From: Octopus sinensis
Lineage: Eukaryota
Assembly: GCF_006345805.1 (NCBI RefSeq)
Contig: NC_043017.1
Coordinates: forward strand, 20,026,001 to 20,090,000
Direction: 5' to 3'
DNA length: 64,000 nt
Each line of letters begins with the position of its first letter. Position 1 is the stretch's first letter. Below the pieces are notes generated by a model, which saw only the letters and a list, made by a program, of their open reading frames with translations, made no database searches and had not been told where the DNA came from. Positions 28,067-38,989 of the stretch are shown here, in pieces. The translations under genes were made by a program, and so were the position numbers.

Positions 28067-28257
28067 CCCTTTTGATACCAACCTGGCTGAAACCACCTCT
28101 GGCTCTGAATTAAAATCTCCCACCAAACCTTAGTCATAATTTATGTTCCTCACACTAGCTGAATGATAACTAAGTTATTTTAGTAAATTCTTCATTATAT
28201 TTAAAATTAATCGAAAGAAACAGGGAGCAGCTCAAAATAAATAAGGCAATGAAAGGG
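28067..28257. mobile_element. TTAA-type MITE, family 1 (internally deleted)
   Basis: TTAA|CCCTTT...AAAGGG|TTAA. Confidence 0.85.
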
Positions 28258-28821
28258 TTAAAGTAACAAGAAATATTAAGAAGATATTGATGTTTTTTTT
28301 TTATTTCTTTAACACCATCACATCTTTTTGGAGAAGTTTTTTATGATAAACTATTGCTTTATTTCGAGAAAAATCTATCTTTCTCTGTTTAGCTTTACAA
28401 CTAACGCTATGCTCCATAGTGACATAAATACCAATCTAGCTGCTTATTATAAAATGCTAAATTGGTGGTTTTATGTTTTTTTTAACACCATCAAATCGTT
28501 TGGGAAAAGTTTCCTGTGATAAACTGCTGTTCAATTTAGAAAAAAGGTTTGTTTTTTCTGTTTAATTTCACAAAAATCTAAAGCTATGCCTCTTGGTGAC
28601 ATAAAACCAATTTGGAGACTAACTTTGAGGTTGACAAAAATACTGGCTTCAAATTTTGGCACAAAACCAACAATTTCACAGGAGGTGGGGGTTAGTCGAT
28701 TACACCGACGCCAAAGGATGAAAGGTGTGTGTGTGTGTGTGTGCATCTTTCTCTTTCACTACTGCTTGACAACAGGTGTTGGTTTGTTTATTTCCCTGTA
28801 AACAAACCAACAATGGTTTAA

Positions 28822-29043
28822 CCCTTTAGCATTTAAACAGGCCTTATCCGGCCAAAAGTATTCTGCCTGTTTTATGTTCAAACTGGCCAGATCTGATCTC
28901 TCAGACCAACCCTACAATATCGTTTTAAAAATTAACAGCTACCTCATCAAAATCTCATAGCTACAAGATTAATGAACGATTAATTCAAAACAATGTGGAT
29001 GAAGAAGCATTAATTTTGGCAGAATAATGTGAACACTAAAGGG
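28822..29043. mobile_element. TTAA-type MITE, family 2
   Basis: TTAA|CCCTTTAG...CTAAAGGG|TTAA. Decayed relatives at about 2235-2450, 3186-3240 and 3680-3785. Confidence 0.85.
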
Positions 29044-29606
29044 TTAAACGATATATCTTTCGGAAGAAGTTTCCTTCAATAAGCCGTTGTACTATTGAAA
29101 GATTCACCTTCCTCTATTTAACTTCACACAACTAGAGCTATGCACTACAGTTACACAAACACCATATTAGTAACTTATTTGAAGTTCAAAAAAATAAAAA
29201 TAATAATAATGAGATGGTAATAATGTTGAACGTTTTTTGGTTTCTTTTCTTAATACCATCTCATCTTTCAGAGGACATTTCCTGTGATAAATTGGTGCTC
29301 TATTTTTTTTTTAAAAAAAAAAGGTATATCTCCCTCTATTTCATTTCACAAAAACTAAAGTTATACCACATGGGGCAAGGCCTTATTTTGAAGCCATGGA
29401 GCCAGAGAGACTAAGATAAAGCACTTACATGTAAATTATGTTACACTCGCAGATTTTAATGAGCTTCTTGCAAAATGTTTATTATTGTTATTATCAAAAA
29501 TTTTGTTTGTTTGTTTGGAGACCCATACAGATATCGAGTAAATAATGGTTAAAATAACATAACATAATAATACAACAGAAAGAAAATAGGGTTAATATTA
29601 ACCAAC

Positions 29607-29679
29607 CTTTTGCACTGAGTCCCTCAACACATACTCCCAAGTTAGCGAGAAATGTTAAACATGTATTAATGTTTTCCAC
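29607..29679 (-). CDS. NAV2: Internal coding exon (73 bp, phase 0 to 1) of a neuron navigator-family gene, calponin-homology domain
   Basis: Minus strand reads ttctcctttgatctcttccag|GTG GAA AAC...AGT GCA AAA G|gttggt, i.e. VENINTCLTFLANLGVCVEGLSAK. This aligns by eye with the NAV2 CH-domain segment IENIDACLNFLAAKGINIQGLSAE. It has a good polypyrimidine tract and canonical AG/GT. The symbol means the invertebrate NAV1/2/3 (unc-53/sickie) ortholog. Confidence 0.85.
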
Positions 29680-29809
29680 CTGGAAGAGATCAAAGGAGAA
29701 AAAAAAATTTAGTAACTTATTTGAATACAAAACAAAAACACAAAAAACAAAAAAAAATACATAAGGACTCTAGAAAGCAAAGCAAATGATTGGCAGGGGA
29801 ATACACAAA

Positions 29810-29973
29810 GAAATAATAATGATTGTAATAACAACAGCAAAATAATAATAATAATTATAAATAATAATAACACTAATAATAATAATAATAAAAATAAAAA
29901 TAATAATAATAATAATAATAACAATAATAATAACAATAATAATAATAACAATAATAATAATAATAACAATAAC

Positions 29974-30016
<43 letters not shown>

Positions 30017-30070
30017 GTTATTATTATTATTGTTATTGTTATTGTTATTATTATAATTATTGTTATTATT
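29810..30070. repeat. (AAT)n/(ATT)n microsatellite about 130 bp from the NAV exon acceptor
   Basis: Visible directly. Switches strand at about 30017. Confidence 0.95.
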
Positions 30071-30284
30071 TTGGCAAAACTTTTAAAATCTATAATGATT
30101 ACGGTGCTGGCCAATTAAAACATTGATAGGGGTTTGAATAGGTCACCTGGAAGAGTACAGGCAAATATTAGGGTGAGGCAAGAGATGGTAAGAGAAATAA
30201 TGGAGTCTTGGTTGTGTGTGTGTGCGTCTTGGAGAGAGAGAGAAGGGGAGGAGAGAGGAAAGAGAAGAAAGAGCATCAGACTGC

Positions 30285-30490
30285 TTACCAACCACATGGT
30301 TCTGAGTTCAGTCCCACTGTGTGGCACCTTGGCCAAGTGTCTTCTACTATAGCCTTGGGCCAACCAAATCCTTGAGAGTGGATTTGGTAGATGGAAAGCT
30401 TACAAAAAATAAGTCTTGGGGTTGATTTGCTTGACTAAAGGCAGTGTTCCAGCATGGCCACAGTCAAATGACTGAAACAAGTAAAAGAAT
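30285..30490 (+). mobile_element. SINE family A, internally deleted
   Basis: Head joined directly to the tail (gatggaaa|gcttacaaaaaataag). Confidence 0.85.
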
Positions 30491-31073
30491 GTATGGCGAA
30501 TATAGGTTGAGCTCACAAGGGAAACCTCTGTCTGGTAACTCAATCTAGTAGAAATAACAACCACATCTCCCTCAAAGTACGTGACATTCTGAGACTCTTT
30601 GTGGCAGATAAGAAATTGATGGAATGGTCATAGCTGGAATGCCTTTGATCATAGATCTGTATTACGAGGGTGAACATGGGACTAAACAATATTAACCACA
30701 ACAGCAACAACAAAACTATGAACATAACCGATGCCATTGCTACCACCACCACTACTGCTACTGCGATCACTGCCACCTCTACTACAACAAGTACAACCAC
30801 AACACAAACCACCACCTTCACAACAAATACAATGACCCTGAACACCACCACCGCCAGTACCAGTACCAGCAGCACCATCACTACCATCGCCGCTAACACC
30901 ACTACCACAACAACAACAATAACCACAAGTACTGCAACATATACTTGCTAGTCAACAATAAAAATTTCTAGTTTTATATCAGCCAAAGTCTAACTTAAAA
31001 ACTTAATTAAGCCAAAGTCTTAATTAAGCTAAGACCAAATTATTATTTCTTCACAGATATAAATCATCATCAA

Positions 31074-31110
<37 letters not shown>

Positions 31111-31958
31111 TTGTTTTTCAGAAAAATATTTGAAATGTATTTCAACTTTGGCAGAAATAGATTTATTGTTTTCCATTTCTGGCACACCCTTTTAATTAAT
31201 TATTAACGAGCAGAAGCCTTCATGTTTCATTAATTTACACACCTTCAACCAAGAAATTGATTACAACATCACCTTCATAATTAGTCACATATATATCCAA
31301 CCATATTTGTTGTTGTTGTTGTAATTCTTGTTGTTAATCACTTTGTTATTCTTCGCCATTGTTCCTCTTACTTTCTTCGTTAAAATGAAATATGTATAAA
31401 ACTAATTATTCTTCTTCCATCTTGAAAGCAATTTTCTAAACATCACAGCAAGCCACCCGAGCTAAGCGGGGGTCGTCATGCTACTCTAATGCATACAAAC
31501 AGTTTGTATACCCCATTAATAGTTCTCACCTTGCATCAGTTATTGCCATTGTTGTTGTTTGTTTACACTCAATTACTTAATTATGCCAAGCAGTGAAAAT
31601 AGGTATCATGGGGATGTACCATTTCGTCTTTGTTATCTGAAAACAGGAGCAAAACTGTTGTTCATGCCTGTTGAGGGATTTCTGTACACTTAACAGTGAG
31701 GAGCTCATATCTATGCATCAGTATAGCAAGGAATGCAAAGATCTTCTGGAAACAGTGTAAATGCATACATCATTTGTGCTGCACTATGGTCAAGTGGCTT
31801 CTACTGAAGCACCAGGTTGACCTTTGTGAGTGAGTCTACAATATATATATATATATATATAACGGGAAGGTTTATGAAAATAAACAAAAGACGAAGACAG
31901 GTGGAGTACAAACAAACAAATGTATTAGTATGGCGCTCTGGAATAGAAATAGAACAAG

Positions 31959-31996
31959 TCTTTTACATTTCGAGCCTACGCTCTTCGACAGAAAGA
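31959..31996 (-). ncRNA. Degenerate minimal hammerhead-like motif
   Basis: UCUUU-CUGUCGA-A GAGC guag GCUC-GAAA U GUA-AAAGA. Stems I and II are perfect, and the core has A6U. Confidence 0.5.
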
Positions 31997-32102
31997 TACA
32001 CAGAAAAGAAACAAGGAGAGAAACAAGGAGAGAAAAAAATGCATGTAGGAGCTAACGGTCTATCATGGCGTTCTGTATATTTATATATATATATATATAT
32101 AT

Positions 32103-32232
32103 ATCAAAATAAGCAACAAGGATATCCAAGGTAGTGTAGTACAATTGTTTCATGCTACTTCATTTAATAAAATGAAGTAGCATGAAACAATTGTACTACT
32201 CTACCTTGGATATCCTTGTTGCTTATTTTGAT
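32103..32232. repeat. Fold-back palindrome, 63-bp arms, 4-nt loop
   Basis: 32103-32165 is the reverse complement of 32170-32232 with one mismatch. Confidence 0.95.
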
Positions 32233-32335
32233 TATAATCACCCCATTTGATTTATATGGATAATACCATACAAAATTCTGGTGCCTTTAACTTAAGTACC
32301 ATATTCATCTGAATCTAAATTTTGCTGAAATTTTA

Positions 32336-32402
<67 letters not shown>

Positions 32403-32983
32403 ACATAGATATTGTGTCATATAGCCAGCTGGAAATGACGTTTCCTGGGGCTAAACAACAGTAACATTCGTCCCATCCAGGACTGCCACATTATGTTGGC
32501 AAATAGCCTTTACTTTAAAGAACTGTTACTGGATATTTCGCTTTGTGAGATTTAGAAATAATAACATTTCTATACATACACACATACATAAACACCAGAT
32601 AAATTGTGTTTCACCACAGGTGTTACAGACGTGTTTTTTTATTGAAGAACAGAAGTGTTACACTATGCAAAAGAAAAAAAAAGAATTTTTCGTCAGGTAA
32701 GTACAGGTAAGGATTAACAATTAGGACTTCTCAAGAGAAAGAATATAGTGCCAGATGACTCGACTGGCAGATAGATAAAAATCACCTGAATAACATGAGT
32801 AAGACCATGAAGCAAAGGGATGACAAACAAGCAAAATATATGGAGCTACACTCTGTAAAAGGATCGGCTAACGAGCAAAGAAAGTGTAGGGTTGTGAGAT
32901 GAGATAAATGTGTGTGTGTGGATGTGTATTGATGCCATGTATGTATGCTTGTGCTACATGTGTGCCTTTGAAGAATATGAATA

Positions 32984-33272
32984 TCCACATGACCGACCAG
33001 GCTATCAGATGCTGCTACACATCGCTGGTCACAATGCGCTTTGCATTGTTTTAGCCTTCAAATGACGCCACCCCGCTGGCTAAGTGAGCAGGCCAACAGA
33101 AGAAAGAGAGAGAGAAAGTTGTGGCTAAAGAGTACAGCAGGGATCGCTACCACCCCTGCCAGAGCTTTAGGTGTTTCCGCTCAATAAACACTCACAACGC
33201 CCGGTTGGGAATCGAAACTGCAATCCTACGACCATGAGTCCGCTGCCTTAACCACTGGGCCATTGCGCCTCC
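32984..33272 (-). mobile_element. SINE family C, tail type 2
   Basis: Same head as C. The tail ttggcctgctcacttagccagcggggtggcg... also occurs alone at 21721-21835 (+). Confidence 0.85.
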
Positions 33273-33307
33273 ACCTTATATATATATATAAACTTCCCTT
33301 ATATATT

Positions 33308-33340
<33 letters not shown>

Positions 33341-33672
33341 TTCTATATTAAACTAGCAATGTATTTTAGATTCCTCTTCAAAGAAATATGTTGTCCACAA
33401 AGATTTCTCTCTTTTAATGGTTACCTTCAAAATTTAATTATTTTTTCACACTTGAAAGAAACTAAATAGATGAGGGTATTTTCTTTAGCTTTCATTCTTA
33501 CCATCATTTATCTATTTGTATCTGTTATTATTATTATTATTATTATTGTTGTTGTTGTTGTTGTCGTCCTTGTTGTTGTTGTTGTCGTCCTTGTTGTTGT
33601 TATGATTGCTATTATTATTATTTCTATTGTTATTATTGCAAACATTTGCAGTTATTATCACCATTATAATTG

Positions 33673-33713
<41 letters not shown>

Positions 33714-34098
33714 GTTATTATTGTTATTATTATTATTATTATTATTAGCATTAGCGTTGTGCTTTCATTCAGCAGAAAAAAAAAGTACTTTTTTGTACAA
33801 ACATATTTATAAAGAAGATCAGCAAAAATAGTAAAGAAATAAAGAAAAAAAAAAACCCTGAAAAACATCCATGCTTACATGCCTAAGCAATATTTTGAAC
33901 ATACATAATATCATTATATATGTAAGTGCACGTGTGTGTGTATATATATATGTATACATACATACACACATTTATATACACTAATATATATATATATATA
34001 TACATACATACATTAATACATATATGTACACACACATACATACATAAAAACACACACACATATATATACATTCTTTGTATTTACAAATGTGTAATGTA

Positions 34099-34133
<35 letters not shown>

Positions 34134-34639
34134 TCAGTTTTTTATATCCATCAATCACAGTCTTTTCTTGTAATGTAATGTTTGTAAAAGATACACATAT
34201 ATGAAAAAAAATAGTAAAGATAAGAAAAAAAAAAATGGAGAGTAGAAAGAAAAAGCAAAAAAAAAAAAACCAGAAAAAACAAAGTTTTCTTTGAAAGTCT
34301 TAGAGATAAAATATTTCGCAACAAAACTTGGTCAACTTTGAGATATTCTCAACTTTTATGCTGTGTTTTGATAACAATAGTAACGAAACTGAACAAAAAT
34401 TGATCAAACACAGAAACAGCATCATAAAAAGATGTCTGTGCGGTTGGTTGTGTGGTTAAATTGTTTGCTCTGTATGCATATGGTTCTGGGTTTCAACATG
34501 CTGTGCTGTAGCTTGGGCATGTACCATTTACTGCAGCTTCAAACTATGGTATACTTTTAATGTGGCATTTTAGTAGCTGCTGACTGTGAAAGACCATGGT
34601 GTAGAAAGAAGCCTGCCATCTCTATACATCCATATAATC

Positions 34640-34874
34640 ATACACACGAATCCCATTATCTGACGTAAGAAGAACACAATGATTCAGAGCGCTAATGACA
34701 TACGGTACTTAGGAACAGTCGTGTTAAATGGTGCATCTTTCATCAGCCACATCACTAAACTGACCTCTAAACGCAGACATCATACAGGATGGCTCCTGTG
34801 AACCTTTGTGACAATAGAACCAATAGTTATGCTGCCTCTATAGAAAACCTTATTTCTGAACAAATTAGATTTAC
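34640..34874 (+). mobile_element. Degenerate CR1/L2/Jockey-group LINE ORF2 remnant, part 1
   Basis: Frame from 34682 reads IRYLGTVVLNGASFISHITKLTSKRRHHTGWLL*TFVTIEPIVMLPL*KTLFLNKLD. This resembles the post-RT motif DLG...F..HI.....GWILRTF...LW.TL...LDY. The stops could derive from CGA and TGG. Confidence 0.75.
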
Positions 34875-34919
34875 ATTATTTACACTTGACAGATATTTGT
34901 CCTAATCTTGTTTGTTGTT

Positions 34920-34965
34920 AACACAACATTTCGGCTGATATACCCTCCAGCTTTCATCAGGTGCC
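34920..34965 (-). ncRNA. Minimal hammerhead-like motif in the SINE tail (degenerate)
   Basis: GGCAC-CUGAUGA-A AGCUG gaggguauau CAGCC-GAAA U GUU-GUGUU. Stem I is GGCAC/GUGUU and the CUGAUGA and GAAA boxes are intact. Two apparent transitions. Confidence 0.6.
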
Positions 34966-35052
34966 TTGGGGAAATTTCAAACCGGAGTTCTCATTCCTAA
35001 GGTATTTTTTGATGTTGTTTTTGTTGTTGTTATCATTATTATTATTATTATT

Positions 35053-35592
35053 GAGTGAGAGAGCAGTGCATGCCATCAAAATGACACTGGGGTAAAATAT
35101 ACGAAGCCCAGTATACCCATCATGACTACCCGTCTGATAAGGGTACACTAGGCACATGCATCACAACCACATGTGCCCGACATGGTGATCTCATATCAAG
35201 ATAAACAGTGCATGACCTTGCAGGTGGGGCCCAGTTAGAATTTTCTTCAGGTCAAGTAGACCATCCCACTCAAAAGGTCCCTGAATAAGGTTTGTTTAAG
35301 GATGATGAACGAAACACCCACGTTTCCAAGGGTGAATTATCCAAAGAATTCTTCTCAACACATAGCTATGATGCTCCCCCACTACTTCTGCTCATGATGC
35401 ACATATCGTCAGCCACTAAGGGACATGCTCAACTGGTTAAGGTCAAACAACTGACAAGCAAGTCTGTGGTATTGAGCAGAATATTTGCTGTAGTCCATCT
35501 TTTAAACCAAGACAAAACAATGTACATGATAACACTTCCAATTAGTTAAGATCAGAAGCTATGAGAGCCACTGCCTTGTACTGAATCAGGGC

Positions 35593-35595
<3 letters not shown>
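35053..35595 (-). mobile_element. Element F: about 540-bp interspersed retroposon flanked by (TAA)n
   Basis: Strong similarity to 13936-14440. (AAT)n on both sides, and no intact ORF or tRNA head seen. Confidence 0.75.
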
Positions 35596-35625
<30 letters not shown>

Positions 35626-35700
35626 GCAGGTCACTGCCTGGAATCAAATTTGGAATCTTGGGGTTAGTAGCCTGTGCTCTTAACCACTACATCATATGCC

Positions 35701-36060
35701 AAATTAGATTTACTGCCCACAGCTTTGGTCTCCAAAATCATTTGGTCTCATAGAAGAACTTAAAGGGTTACAAAGTACATTCCTCAGTAAAATAATATCA
35801 GTTAAAAGCCTTTACTAGGAACATCTGAAAGTTCTGCATCTCTACTCTCTTGAATGCCTTATAGAGAGATATACTGTCATACACATATGGAAAATCTTGG
35901 CGGGTCATGTTATAAACTTTGGCATTTTAATGCACAAGGGGGTGGACACTGTTGGCTTCCATCTATGAAATCACGAGCAAAAACACTCTATTGTACTGGT
36001 CTGATTCTTAGTGGCCCTTAGTTGTTGAACTACCTCCCTAAAGGAATCAGAAACATAAAA
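35701..36060 (+). mobile_element. Same LINE ORF2 remnant, part 2 (resumes after the insertion)
   Basis: Reads KLD/YCPQLWSP...ELKGLQSTFLSKII...Y*EHLKVLHLYSLE...ERYTVIHIWKILAG...SGP*LLNYLPKGIRN, continuing directly from part 1 across the duplicated caaattagatttac. Confidence 0.8.
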
Positions 36061-36231
36061 TGGACCTCTACAGGAACATTAATGAAATCAAACTAAAATG
36101 AAAGTACTGGGGTTATTTCGTTCAACTGGAATTCTTCAAGGCAGTGCCCCAGCATGGCCAAAGTCTAATGACTGAAACAAGTAAAAGATAAAATATAAAA
36201 ATCAGTAAATGGGATAAGCAGAGAATTGTTT

Positions 36232-36435
36232 GTAGTCATCCAGTCTGCTAGAAATGGCAGCCAAATCTACCTCAAATCACACACTATCTTCTTAAATGAT
36301 AAAAGACATACTAGACAATGTATAAGTCTTGGATGCGTCTCAAATAATGGGGTGATGGTCAGAGATGGAATGGCTTTCGTTAGAGGTTTGCTCCAATGGT
36401 TGACCATGGGCTAAAATCAGAACAGTAACAACAAA
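36232..36435 (+). mobile_element. Family G old retroposon 3' end with (AAC)n tail
   Basis: ctgctagaaatggcagccaaatct...tggaatg...ctggggctaaacaac motifs recur at about 30535-30715, 48760-48870 and 61445-61675, and as stubs at about 32445 and 50640. Confidence 0.55.
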
Positions 36436-36827
36436 AGACAAAAAAAAAACACAAAAATAAACCAGTCAAAAAGCAATGGCTTTTTGTCAATATATATTCT
36501 ACCCAAGGAATATATTTACGTCACTTTGTTACGCAAATGAATAAATAAATGATGGAGGAAGAGTCGCGAAAAAGCTCTTGCAATGGTCGATGAAACGTAC
36601 ATACGCATACGCCCCCCATGGGGACACACAGAAAGTAGGACAGACTCTGACATCATTATTATTATTATTATTATTATTATTGTTGTTGTTGTTGTTATCA
36701 ATTTTTTTCTTCTAGAGCTAATGGAGATGGACAGAGACTCCTGTTGCAGCATTACGAGATGCACCTCAGATACACACCACATGAAGGAGAATAAATATGC
36801 ATATGTATGTATATGTGTGTGCGTGTG

Positions 36828-36875
<48 letters not shown>

Positions 36876-37631
36876 TGTGTCTGTGTGCATATATGTAAAA
36901 AAGGAACCATGATATGATTATTATTATTTTTATTATTATTATTATTATTATTATCATCATTATTATCATCATCAGCATCATTACAATTCTGTGCAAACAC
37001 ATACAAAGTGGTTTGTTGAAACAGACTTATTATTATTATTATTATTATATTTTTTTGTTTTAATTTTTCTCTTTCATTTCCCAGGACAACAACTATAACA
37101 ACAGCAACAACAATAACAACAACAAAATCTATTATAAAGCAAAAACCAAAAAAAAACAAAAAACAAAACGAAAACGAAAATTTATCAATCAAAACTTATT
37201 AAAAACTCAGAATTGATGATATTGGGAGTCATAAAAAATTGTCGTAAAAACCTCTAAACTTCGGCCTCAAACTTCTATGATGGAATTGAGAATGTTACAT
37301 AAAGCTATTATTGATTAAAAAAAGAAAAAATTTCTTATAGATTCTATTTTCATTGATGCTGCTGTTTCATATATTACATAACGCTGGAATAAAATAAAAA
37401 GGAAAACTGTGAAAAGCTTCAGGCTATTTTCGATTGTGAACATTTCAAAAATATATAATAAAAAAAAAACCAAAAAAAAAAACAGAATAAAATGGATGAC
37501 AGACTTAGTTTTACTCTACTTTGAGGTTGGAAGAATGTGAAAGTTAAGAGATTATGCGAAGAATGGCATGATGTCAGAGGTCAAATGTACAACCTGGTTA
37601 ACAAAATCCGGATTTTGGAACTTAAAATAAG

Positions 37632-37910
37632 GCACAGGAGTCGCTGTGTGGTAAGTAGCTTGCTTACCAACCACATGGATCCAGGTTCAGTCCCACTGTG
37701 TGGCACTTTGGGCAAGTGTCTTCTTCTATAGCCTTGGGCTGACCAAATCTTTGTGAGTGGATTTGGTAGACAGAAACTGAAAGAAGCCCATCGTATATAT
37801 GTATATATATATGTGTATGTGTGTGTATATGTTTGTGTGTCTGTGTCTGTCCATCACAACATTGCTTGACAACTGATGCTGGTGTGTTTATGTCCCTGTG
37901 ACTTAGCAAT
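37632..37910 (+). mobile_element. SINE family A, 3'-truncated
   Basis: Head, microsatellite and start of the tail. Confidence 0.85.
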
Positions 37911-38989
37911 TAATTAAGATAAGGTTAAAAGTTCATAGTAAACACGTAAGCATGCCTGTTCATACGTACACATGTGTGCTCGCGCACCCACATGCATACA
38001 CATACATCACTATGAAAACGTACACATCTTCACTTGCATTTTTCGCCAAATGTATATGCATATATATACAAACTCATACACACACATGCACACCGTAAAA
38101 GTTCATACTATTTTACAAATATATATATATACATGTATCTTTATACACACAAAATATAGGCATCATCTTTATTACATACTAGCATTATGATCTGTTGTTG
38201 CCAGGTCATAGTGCTAGTGCATGTATATATGTGTATATAAATGTGTACATATTACATGTACATCTATATATATACATCTACACATAAAATACAAAATATA
38301 AAATTATATCTTGATATCGCTAGTGATAACAATACTCAAAATATATATCAGACTGGAATTGTTAGCCTGTCTCTTGTAATTTCGATCAATTGTATCTGGT
38401 CCTCCCTCTTGTATAGAAATGTGGCTATAATCCAGCCTACCTCTACTTCTGGGGGGGGGCATTTTTAATTCTTATCCGGGACGTCCTACGTCCCAGATAT
38501 AAAGGTAAAAATAAAATATTTCCACTTTGCAAGTTCGAGTCGAGTACTCCCTTGCACGCTTCGTTGACTCGAACCTTGCTTCTATTGTGGCGAATTTACC
38601 ACCTCTGGTTAGATATCTTTCATAGTCGCACCAAGACACTTTTCGAGGGTGCTTTCCTCCAGGTGTTCAAATCTTTTTTCTCTACATTGTATACTTTATA
38701 GACAATAGTCTTTTCTTTAATTTAATTTTTTATTATCCATCTGGACTATTCCATTTCAGCACACTAATTTTATTTTTAATTTATTCCCATTCATGTGAAA
38801 CCACTTATTCAAGTTCAAATCATTGATGCAATTTTATACCAATTGCTATTTTTACTTTTGTTATGTTACGATTATATTATACTTTAGTTTGATTTTAATT
38901 ATTACTTATTACATATAATTCAATTGTTATTATTATTTTTATTGTTAAAGTGAAAGCATCTGACATAAAATAGAGAAATGTTTTTGTTT

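Larger units (their letters stand above)
34875..35700 (-). mobile_element. tRNA-headed SINE with (AAT)n linker and hammerhead-like 3' tail, carrying a nested element F
   Basis: Head at 35626-35700 (GGCATATGATGTAGTGGTTAAG...ATTTGATTCCAGG, decayed A and B boxes) and tail at 34875-35031. Flanked by the direct repeat caaattagatttac at 34861-34874 and 35700-35713. Confidence 0.75.

Noticed and set aside
32690-32715. Tandem strong plus-strand donors (cag|gtaagt, cag|gtaagg); similar site at about 19710
   Set aside because: No associated reading frame or second plus-strand exon, so an antisense gene cannot be supported.
35626-35700. tRNA-like sequence as a genuine tRNA gene (likewise other SINE heads)
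   Set aside because: A and B boxes are decayed, there is no complete cloverleaf, and it lies inside a TSD-flanked insertion.
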